A stretch of DNA of 51,826 nucleotides from Candidatus Nomurabacteria bacterium (lineage in GTDB: Bacteria > Patescibacteriota > Minisyncoccia > Phycocordibacterales > UBA9973), in contig JACQGC010000013.1 of NCBI GenBank assembly GCA_016199805.1, positions 1 through 51,826 of the forward strand. The letters are read 5' to 3'. Below the pieces are notes generated by a model. It searched no databases, was not told the DNA's origin, and saw only the letters and a program-made list of their open reading frames with translations. Of the stretch, positions 42,540-50,848 are shown piece by piece (within the stretch, counting starts at the first letter, position 1; every line of letters begins with the position of its first letter). Made by a program: the position numbers and the translations under genes.

Positions 42540-43355
42540 TTATGGGAGAACTAAAAAAGATTTTACTTCTTTGAACAGTTTCGCTTTTGTTGAACATGCA
42601 TCCTTTGGTGTTTTAAAAATTTTTTTATTTAAAAGACTCACAATCGTTTTCTCATAATCGTTTTGATGGGTTTTGTTTCCAACACTAGATTGATATTTTA
42701 TTTTTGCTGCATATGCTAAAAGATCAGCAACCTGTTCTTCAGTATCGTGATTCTTTTTAGTTACAAAAGAAACCGAAGTGAGGGTATCTTGGACTTTTTC
42801 GTGCCCTACTCCCAAATTCTTTAGTCCGTCACCAAGAAAGAAATTTAATGAATTTAGAAAATGTACGTCTTTTGAAACAGAAGATGATTCTATAATTATT
42901 TCTCCCATTGAATCATTTGTAAGAAGTATTAGTAGAAAGTTTCTTATTAAAGAATCCGCTGTGTCTTTATAAACCTTAATATCGTCCCATCCAGCAGCAG
43001 TGGCTTTTGCTTTATCTACAATAATAAAAAACATTTTAATTTTTGAATTGGAAATAAAATTTTCTAAATCTAAAATAAATTCTTTGAAGATTTTATCATC
43101 CTTAAATATTGCGAAGTCATTTTCCTTTCTTCCTATTTCGCGAGAGTGAAAAACTATATTTGTTCTTCCCCAATATTTAAATTTAATTTGATCTGCTCGG
43201 GTTTTGAAATTTTCACAATCTTTTTTGTTTATAGAGCATCCAGATAAAATATAAACAGTAGAAGTAATATCTTTAGGACTGGCTGTTCCGAGTTCATCTA
43301 TGTAAAGACGATAGTGTTCTTGGAATTGTGGTTGAATTTTTTTTACCATACCCAC
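42540..43355 (-). CDS. DUF3800 domain protein
   Basis: 271 aa. N-terminal YRLYIDELGTAS (Y.DE.G) and C-terminal EEQVADLLAYA (..ADL.A) are the DUF3800 hallmark blocks. Confidence 0.7.
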   Translation of the reverse strand: MGMVKKIQPQFQEHYRLYIDELGTASPKDITSTVYILSGCSINKKDCENFKTRADQIKFKYWGRTNIVFHSREIGRKENDFAIFKDDKIFKEFILDLENFISNSKIKMFFIIVDKAKATAAGWDDIKVYKDTADSLIRNFLLILLTNDSMGEIIIESSSVSKDVHFLNSLNFFLGDGLKNLGVGHEKVQDTLTSVSFVTKKNHDTEEQVADLLAYAAKIKYQSSVGNKTHQNDYEKTIVSLLNKKIFKTPKDACSTKAKLFKEVKSFLVLP

Positions 43356-43369
43356 TAATAATATACCAT

Positions 43370-44770
43370 CTATTTGTATTCTTCAATAAATTTATAAAGT
43401 AACCGCACAGGAGAACCTAGGGCGCCCTGGGCTAGGTTTTCTCCTGCCATCGCGGTCATCCTCGGCGCCATATCTATGTGCGCCCACTTCATATTTTTTT
43501 CGCCTTCGGCTTGGCCTTTTATAAATTGATACAAGAAAATTGCGCCGTAAATCGCTCCGCCATAGCGTGAGTCTTTGTTGTGAATGTTTGTGTAGTCACC
43601 TAGTGACCCCTTGATTTCGTTTTCATATTCTTCCCACATCGGCAAGCGCCAGACGTAATCCCCTGTTTTTTCTCCTGCCACCTCTAAATCTTTTGCCAGC
43701 TTATCGTCGTCGGTAAAAATCGCTGAAGCTCGCTCGCCGAGTGCCACCAATGCCGCACCTGTGAGCGTGGCAATGTCTATCACCACTTCCGGATTATATT
43801 TTTTCGCATAAGTAAGCGCATCGGCCAAAATCACCCGGCCTTCTGCGTCGGTGTTCAGGACTTCAATAGTAATGCCTGACATCGAACGAATCACGTCCCC
43901 AGGACGGTAACTTTTCCCCGAAGCCATATTTTCCACAGACGGTATGAGTCCGATAATGTTCTTTTTCAATTTCAACTTAGCTGCAAGGGCAATCGTATGT
44001 ATTACGGCCGCACCTCCGGACATATCCATATTCATACCTAGGAGTGAGGAAGAAGGTTTTAAGTTTATCCCGCCTGTGTCAAAAGTCACGCCCTTGCCGA
44101 CGAGCACTACCGGCTTTTCTTTTTTGGAAGCGCCAAAATATTCCATAATTATGAATTTTGATTCTTCGTCCGAACCGTGGCCCACAGAAAGAATGGCCCG
44201 CATATTTTGTTTCTCCATTTCTTTTTCACCAAGGATGGTTACTTTCACCGGCAAGTTTTTCACCGCGTCTTTAGCGCTCTTGGCCAAAATTTGTGGGGTC
44301 ATATCCCCGCCAGGTATATTTGAAAGCGTTCGGGTTTTGTTCACTTCTTGCGCCACTGCATGACCTTTTAAAATCGCCTTTTGTGTTTCCCTATCTGCAC
44401 CGGCTATAATTATCTCTTCAATAAAATCAAATCCTTCTTTTGGCGGAGTTTTATACTCCACAAATTCGTAGTTTGCAAAATCAAGTTGCGTGCCTATAAT
44501 TTCACCTAGCTCGACGTCGCTCACTCCTAAATTCTTGAACTTGAAATCAGAAAAATTAAAACTTATCTTCTTCGCTTTTGCGCCTTTTGCAGACACAACC
44601 ATCTTACGCACGAGTAAATATAGCTTTCGCAAATTCATCTTTTCTTGCTCGTCACATTTTAAGTATAGAGTTTTTATACCTTTCTCCTTCTCAATTTCAT
44701 CCTTATTTTTAGGGCTTACAGACACAAATAATACTTTCTCCTCTATTTTGTTTCCAAATGTTATTTTCAT
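43370..44770 (-). CDS. pepA: leucyl aminopeptidase (M17)
   Basis: 466 aa. VGKGVTFDTGG, NTDAEGRVILADAL and the metal-ligand pattern. Confidence 0.9.
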   Translation of the reverse strand: MKITFGNKIEEKVLFVSVSPKNKDEIEKEKGIKTLYLKCDEQEKMNLRKLYLLVRKMVVSAKGAKAKKISFNFSDFKFKNLGVSDVELGEIIGTQLDFANYEFVEYKTPPKEGFDFIEEIIIAGADRETQKAILKGHAVAQEVNKTRTLSNIPGGDMTPQILAKSAKDAVKNLPVKVTILGEKEMEKQNMRAILSVGHGSDEESKFIIMEYFGASKKEKPVVLVGKGVTFDTGGINLKPSSSLLGMNMDMSGGAAVIHTIALAAKLKLKKNIIGLIPSVENMASGKSYRPGDVIRSMSGITIEVLNTDAEGRVILADALTYAKKYNPEVVIDIATLTGAALVALGERASAIFTDDDKLAKDLEVAGEKTGDYVWRLPMWEEYENEIKGSLGDYTNIHNKDSRYGGAIYGAIFLYQFIKGQAEGEKNMKWAHIDMAPRMTAMAGENLAQGALGSPVRLLYKFIEEYK

Positions 44771-44799
44771 AATATTTTAATGTTCTGATTATATCATAC

Positions 44800-45402
44800 A
44801 TGGAGTATAATGAGATAATAATGAAAACTGTAAACAACAGAACGACCAAGTACCCGATTGAGGATATTTTCCTTAAGCGGTTTTCTCCTCGGGCGATGTC
44901 CGCCGAAATTATTTATAAAGACGAGCTCATGACTCTATTTGAGGCGGCTCGCTGGGCTCCTTCGGCTTCCAACATTCAACCATGGAGATTCATTTATGCC
45001 ATGAAGGGAACCCCGGAATTTGAAAAGTTGATTTCCATAATGATTCCCTTCAACAAAGAATGGTGCATAAGAGCAAGCGTTCTCGTTTTAGTCGTCTCTC
45101 ATAATTTACTCAAGGACACGAAAATTTCCGTCAGTCATTCTTTTGACACGGGAGCTGCCTGGGAGAACCTGGCCTTGCAGGCTTCAATGACCGGATTCAT
45201 AGCCCACGGCATGGCCGGCTTCAATTACGCAATAGCAAAAAAAGAGTTTAATGTCCCGGAAGATTACAGCGTAGAGATGATGATAGCCATAGGCAAACCC
45301 GGGAAAATTGTAGACCTCCCCGAACCCCTGCGAGCCAGAGAAACCCCAAGCGACCGAAAACCCCTTGAAGAAATTGTTTTCGAAGGAAAATTTCCTAGTT
45401 AA
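44800..45402 (+). CDS. nitroreductase family protein
   Basis: RFSPRAMS...AARWAPSASNIQPWRFIY. An alternative start at 44821 is preceded by TATAAT (44806-44811). Confidence 0.85.
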   Translation: MEYNEIIMKTVNNRTTKYPIEDIFLKRFSPRAMSAEIIYKDELMTLFEAARWAPSASNIQPWRFIYAMKGTPEFEKLISIMIPFNKEWCIRASVLVLVVSHNLLKDTKISVSHSFDTGAAWENLALQASMTGFIAHGMAGFNYAIAKKEFNVPEDYSVEMMIAIGKPGKIVDLPEPLRARETPSDRKPLEEIVFEGKFPS

Positions 45403-45430
45403 GTTTTAACTATTCGCCTATTCGCGCGAA

Positions 45431-45898
45431 TTAGAGAAGAGCCAATCCTAGCGCAGCCAGAGCTGCTTCGCCACCAACATGCAGTCTGACTTTGGCTTGT
45501 TTTAGATTGTTTACTGACAGAACCCCAAATCCGACAGGAATATTGTCCTCCAACATTACTTTCAAAATCCCTTCTTGTGCCATTTTGCAGACATAATCAA
45601 AATGTGGGGTGTCGCCACGGATGACACAACCCAGAGCCACCATAAAGTCGTACTTTTTTGCCATTTTATGCAAAGCAAAAGGCAGCTCCACCGCCCCGGA
45701 AACATGTACAATTTTTATATTTTTGTCGCTAAGTTTGCACTTCTTGAGAGCCAGAAGCGCGCTCACCAAAAGCCCGTCAGTGATTTCACTGTTCCATCTG
45801 GTCAGCACGACACATGCTTTTAATTTGCTCCCGTCCAAATATGTAGCTGTAATGTTTTTTTGTTTATTTTTTGTTTGCATACTTAGCCAGTATATCAA
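45431..45898 (-). CDS. ribH: 6,7-dimethyl-8-ribityllumazine synthase
   Basis: 155 aa. VVLTRWNSEIT and GCVIRGDTPHFDYV motifs. Confidence 0.9.
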   Translation of the reverse strand: MIYWLSMQTKNKQKNITATYLDGSKLKACVVLTRWNSEITDGLLVSALLALKKCKLSDKNIKIVHVSGAVELPFALHKMAKKYDFMVALGCVIRGDTPHFDYVCKMAQEGILKVMLEDNIPVGFGVLSVNNLKQAKVRLHVGGEAALAALGLALL

Positions 45899-46436
45899 AT
45901 TCTAAGTTGACCGCATCCCCTGCTTTTTTAGGTTTCAAATTGGTATGTTCCAGAGTATGGGGAATTATTTTCACCACAAAAGAGTCGTGTGTTACTTTGA
46001 CTACTGTCAAACTGATACCCTCCACGGCCACAGATCCTTTATAAACCAAAAATTTCATGAAATTTCTAGTAGGAACTTTTATTTCAAACACTTTTGAGTT
46101 TCCTTCTTTTTTTATAGAAATTATTTTGCCACAGGTATCAATGTGTCCCAAAACAATATGCCCATCTAGCCTGTCACTCATCCGCATTGATTGCTCTATG
46201 TTTACAATATCCCCTTTTTTTAAAAGGCTGACGTTGGAGAGTTTTAATGTTTCCGGCATATATTCAAAAGAAATATTTTTGCCGGTCTTTTTTACAGTAG
46301 AACAAACGCCATTTATGCTGATACTTTCTCCTAATTTTATTTTCCCCAGATTGTTTAAAATATCAATCGAAAAACCTCCCTTTGGGAATTTTACATCTTG
46401 CACTTTTGAAGTTTTTTTGATTATGCCCGTGAACAT
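45864..46436 (-). CDS. ribE: riboflavin synthase alpha chain
   Basis: 190 aa. MFTGII N-terminus and two lumazine-binding repeats (SI.INGVC.T, S.AVEGISLTV). Confidence 0.9.
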   Translation of the reverse strand: MFTGIIKKTSKVQDVKFPKGGFSIDILNNLGKIKLGESISINGVCSTVKKTGKNISFEYMPETLKLSNVSLLKKGDIVNIEQSMRMSDRLDGHIVLGHIDTCGKIISIKKEGNSKVFEIKVPTRNFMKFLVYKGSVAVEGISLTVVKVTHDSFVVKIIPHTLEHTNLKPKKAGDAVNLEFDILAKYANKK

Positions 46437-46483
46437 ATTTCTATATCTTTTTTAATCTGCTCAATCAATTCTTCTTCTTTTTT

Positions 46484-47770
46484 TTAACCCTCTATAAACA
46501 CCGGCTTCTTTCTCACCGTCACCGTAATAAAGGCAGAGCCGTTGGTGCAGTTTACTGTGTAAGTGGTGGTGGAAGTGGGACTGATGGTAATAGTGCCGGA
46601 GAGAGCTCCACTAGTACTGAAGTTTACCCCGCCGCAAGATTGACTGCAAGCACCCCAGGCGCTCCAGGCTGTCCAGCCACCATTTACTGTGGTGGAGCAT
46701 TTGGTGCCGTCCCAGCCGGTATTGGCGGCGCAAGTGACAGAAGAACCGGCTATTGTGTTTTGAGCGAGCAAGACAGCATTGTTGTAAAGATAGAAAGTTT
46801 CACCGCCCCATTTAATGGCAAATGGCACACTGCTTCCTGAGTTTCCACTTCCTACGGTTACATTTACAGGTTTGGTTACAGCAGACGTAGCTACGGGGTT
46901 CGTGGTAGTCCATGAGTAGTTTATGTTACAAGTGCTTGCATTTAAGGCAATCACACAAGATGAAACGGCAGGAGTGAGAGTACCAGACATGATGCTTTCT
47001 GAACAAGAAGCGTTGGTTCCGCCATTTGAACCGTTGCAGTTCCAAGTCCAAGCTGAAGCCCCACTCGCGTTGTTGACGCTTGTGCCGACACTACAACTGT
47101 AGTGGGTTGTCGCGCAAGAACCATTGACGGGAGCAGATAAATTCGCGCTGCAAAAATCATCAGAGTGTCCAAAACCGGAACCGGCACAAGTCCAAGACCA
47201 TGGACCGGAGCCGGAGACGGCACTCACATCGCCTGAGTTACAGAGTCCAGAACTTGGAGCAGAAGAATAACTTCCACCGTTGGCCGGACCACAAGAGCCA
47301 CTGTATTGCGGAATACTACAATAATTATTGCAATTTGAAACACCCCAAGCGCCGGAGGCATTTGGGACACAAGAACTGCCACTGCAAGTGTACAAACAAT
47401 CTTGTGGACAATTTCCGGAATTTTCTCCGGCTGAACAAATACCGTCACCACAGACTGTTGCAGAACAAAGGTTTGTACAATTATTTTGACTATTGTCGAC
47501 AGAGGTACAACTTCCAGGGGAACCTTCGGTGTGAACCCCAGGATACTGACATTGTCCTTCGGTATAGCCACAACCAACACCTTCGATACAACCAGAATTA
47601 TGTACACACATAAGTGTTCCACAAACCCCACAATCAAAATTACCCACATCACAGGGAGGAAGAGTAGATCCAAACGCAAAACTTTTTTGTGGCGTAAATA
47701 AAAACAAACTGAAGGAAAAAACGAAAATAATTATAAGGAAAATAATATTTTTGCTGTTTTTAAATTTCAT
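46484..47770 (-). CDS. secreted Cys-rich repeat protein
   Basis: 428 aa. Signal peptide and about 45 Cys. Repeated CG.ANGG...P...LC..G.......GPWSWTC.G and SAWTWNC.G..GG..ASCS modules. Confidence 0.7.
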   Translation of the reverse strand: MKFKNSKNIIFLIIIFVFSFSLFLFTPQKSFAFGSTLPPCDVGNFDCGVCGTLMCVHNSGCIEGVGCGYTEGQCQYPGVHTEGSPGSCTSVDNSQNNCTNLCSATVCGDGICSAGENSGNCPQDCLYTCSGSSCVPNASGAWGVSNCNNYCSIPQYSGSCGPANGGSYSSAPSSGLCNSGDVSAVSGSGPWSWTCAGSGFGHSDDFCSANLSAPVNGSCATTHYSCSVGTSVNNASGASAWTWNCNGSNGGTNASCSESIMSGTLTPAVSSCVIALNASTCNINYSWTTTNPVATSAVTKPVNVTVGSGNSGSSVPFAIKWGGETFYLYNNAVLLAQNTIAGSSVTCAANTGWDGTKCSTTVNGGWTAWSAWGACSQSCGGVNFSTSGALSGTITISPTSTTTYTVNCTNGSAFITVTVRKKPVFIEG

Positions 47771-47775
47771 GAAAA

Positions 47776-48345
47776 TTATTTAATTTGTGATGGGGATTCC
47801 ACCACAATATTGATAATGGCATTTTGATCATCGGCTTTTTTGAAATCTAGAACAGCTTTATAATTGCCTTTTGTTGCCAAGAATTTAAGTTCAGTTTGGT
47901 CTTGTGGTTTAGTTTTAGCGTTTGGCGTAATGACTTCCATAATCCCCCATCCTTTTCTAGTCAAATAGTCTTTAAATACATAATGGGCAGTGTATATATC
48001 ATATTGGCTACTTTCGTATTCCCTGGTGGCTGTCTGATTATTTCCGTCCAGAGAATATTCTGTCTTGTTTGTCGTTGGCACAACTTTTGGTTCCAACATC
48101 AAATCTACAGGGAAACCAGGAGTAGGCAGAACTATGCCGGCCGGATTTTTGTCTACTATATTTGATACGACGACTGGCTTGGTGGTGTTTACCATTCCGT
48201 TGTCCGGCACTGTTTGTTTGGCAGGTTTTTTCTGAATGATTAGTACGCAAACTCCAACAGCAAGCAATAAGATAACTAAAATATAAACAACAACTTTCTT
48301 TGACACACTTGATAGTTTTTTTATCTCTAAATTTTGCTCATCCAT
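47776..48345 (-). CDS. hypothetical membrane-anchored protein
   Basis: 189-aa ORF with one TM segment, 5 nt upstream of the Cys-rich gene. Confidence 0.6.
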   Translation of the reverse strand: MDEQNLEIKKLSSVSKKVVVYILVILLLAVGVCVLIIQKKPAKQTVPDNGMVNTTKPVVVSNIVDKNPAGIVLPTPGFPVDLMLEPKVVPTTNKTEYSLDGNNQTATREYESSQYDIYTAHYVFKDYLTRKGWGIMEVITPNAKTKPQDQTELKFLATKGNYKAVLDFKKADDQNAIINIVVESPSQIK

Positions 48346-48485
48346 AGTTTTTTTTGTTAAAAATAAAAGCTGGTTTAATTATAAATTGGCTGTAGAGATA
48401 ACACAAGGGAAGTGTGGATAACTTTAATAAGACCCTTTAAATATAAGCACAAAAACCATGCAGGTGCTCTTAAATAGTATCATGC

Positions 48486-48514
48486 TTGACAAATGGGTTG
48501 GGCTATGCTATGCT
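48486..48514 (+). promoter_or_regulatory. promoter of GC-rich unit E
   Basis: TTGACA (48486-48491), N17, TGcTATGCT (-10 at 48509-48514). The ~85-nt upstream block is duplicated at 48790-48874. Confidence 0.6.
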
Positions 48515-48534
48515 TTTGTGTAGGAGAGATTGCC

Positions 48535-48666
48535 ATGACTACGTTCATTATTTTAGTGACTATGATTTTCGGAGGGTGGGTATGGGCTCCGCAGCCCAAG
48601 CCAGTGAAGGTGGACTGCCACGCCACAGGAACGTGCGTCAAGCACGTCCCCCCTTCCCAGCAGTAG
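48535..48666 (+). CDS. candidate secreted/membrane micro-protein (43 aa, unit E)
   Basis: AGGAGA then 7 nt then ATG. MTTFIILVTMIFGGWVWAPQPKPVKVDCHATGTCVKHVPPSQQ. Below the ORF-track cutoff. Confidence 0.4.
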   Translation: MTTFIILVTMIFGGWVWAPQPKPVKVDCHATGTCVKHVPPSQQ

Positions 48667-48687
48667 GCACGCGATGCGTGCCATCGA

Positions 48688-48735
48688 GACCGATTTCGCT
48701 TGCTGTCAGCAACGCGGGATCGGTCTTTTTATTTT
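48688..48735 (+). terminator. intrinsic terminator of unit E
   Basis: GACCGAT..CGCTTGCTG-T-CAGCAACGCG..ATCGGTC, followed by TTTTTATTTTT. Confidence 0.65.
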
Positions 48736-48845
48736 TATGCCAAAATTTTTTTAATTAAATTTAATTTTTTAAAAAATTCTCTATCCTCTTTAAAATCCTT
48801 TAAATATAAGCTTAAAAACATATATACACCCTAATAGTATTTGGC

Positions 48846-48874
48846 TTGACAAATAGGTTGGGCTATGCTATACT
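48846..48874 (+). promoter_or_regulatory. promoter of GC-rich unit F
   Basis: TTGACA (48846-48851), N17, TGcTATACT (-10 at 48869-48874). Near-identical to the unit E promoter. Confidence 0.6.
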
Positions 48875-48892
48875 TCTCTACGAGGTAATCAA

Positions 48893-49048
48893 ATGTTCTT
48901 CCTAGCTAAGGTATTCTTTTACGGGGCATTGTATTTTGCCCCCGAGCAGATGGTTGAAGGCGGTCGCGGGTTTCGTACCCCTCCGCCCCAGCATACGCCG
49001 GTGGTTTGTGACACCTGCCGCCCTACGGCTCCCCCGAAACGCTACTAA
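48893..49048 (+). CDS. candidate secreted/membrane micro-protein (51 aa, unit F)
   Basis: GAGGT then 6 nt then ATG. MFFLAKVFFYGALYFAPEQMVEGGRGFRTPPPQHTPVVCDTCRPTAPPKRY. Below the ORF-track cutoff. Confidence 0.4.
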   Translation: MFFLAKVFFYGALYFAPEQMVEGGRGFRTPPPQHTPVVCDTCRPTAPPKRY

Positions 49049-49071
49049 TAAGTTGCGTGCGGGGAAAATCA

Positions 49072-49125
49072 AACCGGAGTTCGTTTGTTGCCATGCAACA
49101 CGACCTCCGGTTTTTCTCTTTTTAT
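49072..49125 (+). terminator. intrinsic terminator of unit F
   Basis: AACCGGAG..TGTTGC-CAT-GCAACA..CTCCGGTT, followed by TTTCTCTTTTT. Confidence 0.65.
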
Positions 49126-49472
49126 ACCAAATTTAAATCTTTTTTAATTTGCTCAATCAACTCTTCTTCTGTGTCAAACTTTTTGAATTCCCGCAAAAAT
49201 TTATTTATCTCAAGTGTCACTTCTTTGCCGTACGCATCACCCACATAACCAATCATATGCGCTTCTATTCTATTATTTGGGCCAATTACAATACCTGCGC
49301 GATAAATTTTTCCTTCCATGGTTGCCGTTCCCGCGTAAACTCCGTCACGTGGAAATTGTTTACCCTGAGCTTGCCGAAGGGCTTCGTCCACTTCAAGATT
49401 CACCGTAGGAAAACCGATTTTCCTGCCGTAGCCGTCTCCTTTTATTACTTTACCGGAAATTATATATAACAT
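49122..49472 (-). CDS. riboflavin kinase (monofunctional, RibF C-domain only)
   Basis: 116 aa. GKVIKGDGYGRKIGFPTVNL and FLREFKKFDTEEELIEQIKKD. Start overlaps the aspS stop. Confidence 0.85.
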   Translation of the reverse strand: MLYIISGKVIKGDGYGRKIGFPTVNLEVDEALRQAQGKQFPRDGVYAGTATMEGKIYRAGIVIGPNNRIEAHMIGYVGDAYGKEVTLEINKFLREFKKFDTEEELIEQIKKDLNLV

Positions 49473-50848
49473 TATTTACCAATTTTTATATTTAACTCTT
49501 TGAGTTGTTTTTCTTCAAGTGGTTTTGGTGCGTTCATGACTGCTGTTTTTCCTCCGCGTGTCATTGGAAAAGCCACAACTTCACGAAGATAGGATTCGTT
49601 TGTCAGGTTCATCAGGTTGCGTTCTACGCCAAGCGCGATGCCTCCGTGCGGTGGCACTCCATATTTGAAAGCTTTTAGCATATGCCCTATTCTGTCTTCA
49701 ATTTCCTCTTCGGAATACCCCATGACTTTGTATGTGGCTTTCAAAATCTCTGGCTTATTGGCGCGGATTGAACCACCGCCCGCTTCGTAACCATTGCAAA
49801 CCAAATCGTATTGAGTGGTTAAGATATTTTCTATGTTTTCGCCCTTCATGAGCCATTCTATATGCTCGGGTATTGGCATAGAAAACGGATTATGCGTAAA
49901 GGTCCATTTTCCATCATCTGTTTTTTCAAAAAACGGAAAATTTACCACCCATGCATACGCAAGCACATTGTTTTTCTTGTCTTCTTCTGTGCGCATATCA
50001 AATTTATCAGCGCCATATTTTTCCATGGCATCTTTATAGGTAATCCTGGGGAAAGGTTTTTGCTTTATGGTAAATCCCATGGATTCTACAACTGTCGTCA
50101 TAATTTCCTCCACCATATTCATGACATCGGGCATTTCCACAAAAGACATTTCTAAATCTACTTGCGTATGTTCAAAGCCTCTGTCAGCCCGTAGATCTTC
50201 ATCACGCATGGCGCGGGCAATTTGAAAATATCTTTCCATTCCGCCCACCATCAGAAGCTGTTTATATTGTTGTGGAGATTGGGGGAGAGCATAAAAATTT
50301 CCCGGGTTTAGACGGGAAGGCACTACGAAGTCTCGAGAACCCTCCGGTGTGGATTCCGTCAGAAGCGGGGTTTCAATTTCGACAAACATTTTTGAAAATA
50401 AAAATTCTCGGACTTTCTTCACAAATTCGCTTCGCATTCTGATATTTTTCTGCATTCTTTCTGAACGCAAATCAAGATAACGGTAAGCCAAGCGAGTTTC
50501 TTCGTTGACCCCACTAGTATCGGTCGAGATATCAAAAGGCAAGGTTTCCGCCTTGTTTAAAACTTCAATATTTAAAACTTCTATTTCCACATTCCCGTTT
50601 GCATTCTTGTCCGTGCGTTTGTTAACCATTCCTTTAACCTCAATAACCCATTCTGGACGAATCTCTTTCGCTTGAATAATGGCTTCCGGATGAATCGGCA
50701 AAGTTACGCATTGCATTTTGCCCGTCATGTCGCGCATATCAAAGAAAACCATCTTACCTTGGTCCCGACGCACATCCACCCATCCGGCAATAACTACTTC
50801 CTTGCCGACTTGTTCTTTTAAATCTTTTATATATATTCTGTTTTTCAT
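49472..50848 (-). CDS. aspS: aspartate--tRNA ligase, bacterial-type sequence lacking the GAD insertion domain
   Basis: 458 aa. FYALPQSPQQYKQLLMVGGMERYFQIARAMRDEDLRADRGFEHTQVDLEMSF (motif 2 region) and GGGSIR (motif 3 region). Only about 12 residues lie where E. coli AspRS carries the ~130-aa GAD domain. Confidence 0.95.
   Translation of the reverse strand: MKNRIYIKDLKEQVGKEVVIAGWVDVRRDQGKMVFFDMRDMTGKMQCVTLPIHPEAIIQAKEIRPEWVIEVKGMVNKRTDKNANGNVEIEVLNIEVLNKAETLPFDISTDTSGVNEETRLAYRYLDLRSERMQKNIRMRSEFVKKVREFLFSKMFVEIETPLLTESTPEGSRDFVVPSRLNPGNFYALPQSPQQYKQLLMVGGMERYFQIARAMRDEDLRADRGFEHTQVDLEMSFVEMPDVMNMVEEIMTTVVESMGFTIKQKPFPRITYKDAMEKYGADKFDMRTEEDKKNNVLAYAWVVNFPFFEKTDDGKWTFTHNPFSMPIPEHIEWLMKGENIENILTTQYDLVCNGYEAGGGSIRANKPEILKATYKVMGYSEEEIEDRIGHMLKAFKYGVPPHGGIALGVERNLMNLTNESYLREVVAFPMTRGGKTAVMNAPKPLEEKQLKELNIKIGK

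Noticed and set aside
46437-46483. FMN riboswitch upstream of ribE-ribH.
   Set aside because: The spacer is only 47 bp, is AT-rich, and has none of the conserved RFN helices.
48433-48874. Possible CRISPR-like or tandem repeat array, based on repeated blocks with different intervening sequence.
   Set aside because: There are only two copies. The repeat is about 85 nt and contains -35/-10 promoter boxes. The 'spacers' carry a Shine-Dalgarno sequence, an ORF and a terminator. No cas genes are present.
48967-48981. T-arm-like sequence GCGGGTTTCGTACCC, suggesting a tRNA.
   Set aside because: No acceptor stem, D-arm or anticodon arm can be drawn around it. It lies inside the unit F ORF.
48535-49125. 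Units E and F as known structured RNAs (SRP RNA, RNase P, tmRNA, 6S, riboswitch).
   Set aside because: I found no family signatures: no GGAAGCAGCC-type SRP motif, no GAGGAAAGTCC, and no tag ORF or CCA-end mimic. No downstream plus-strand gene exists for a riboswitch to control. This cannot be fully excluded without covariance-model searches.
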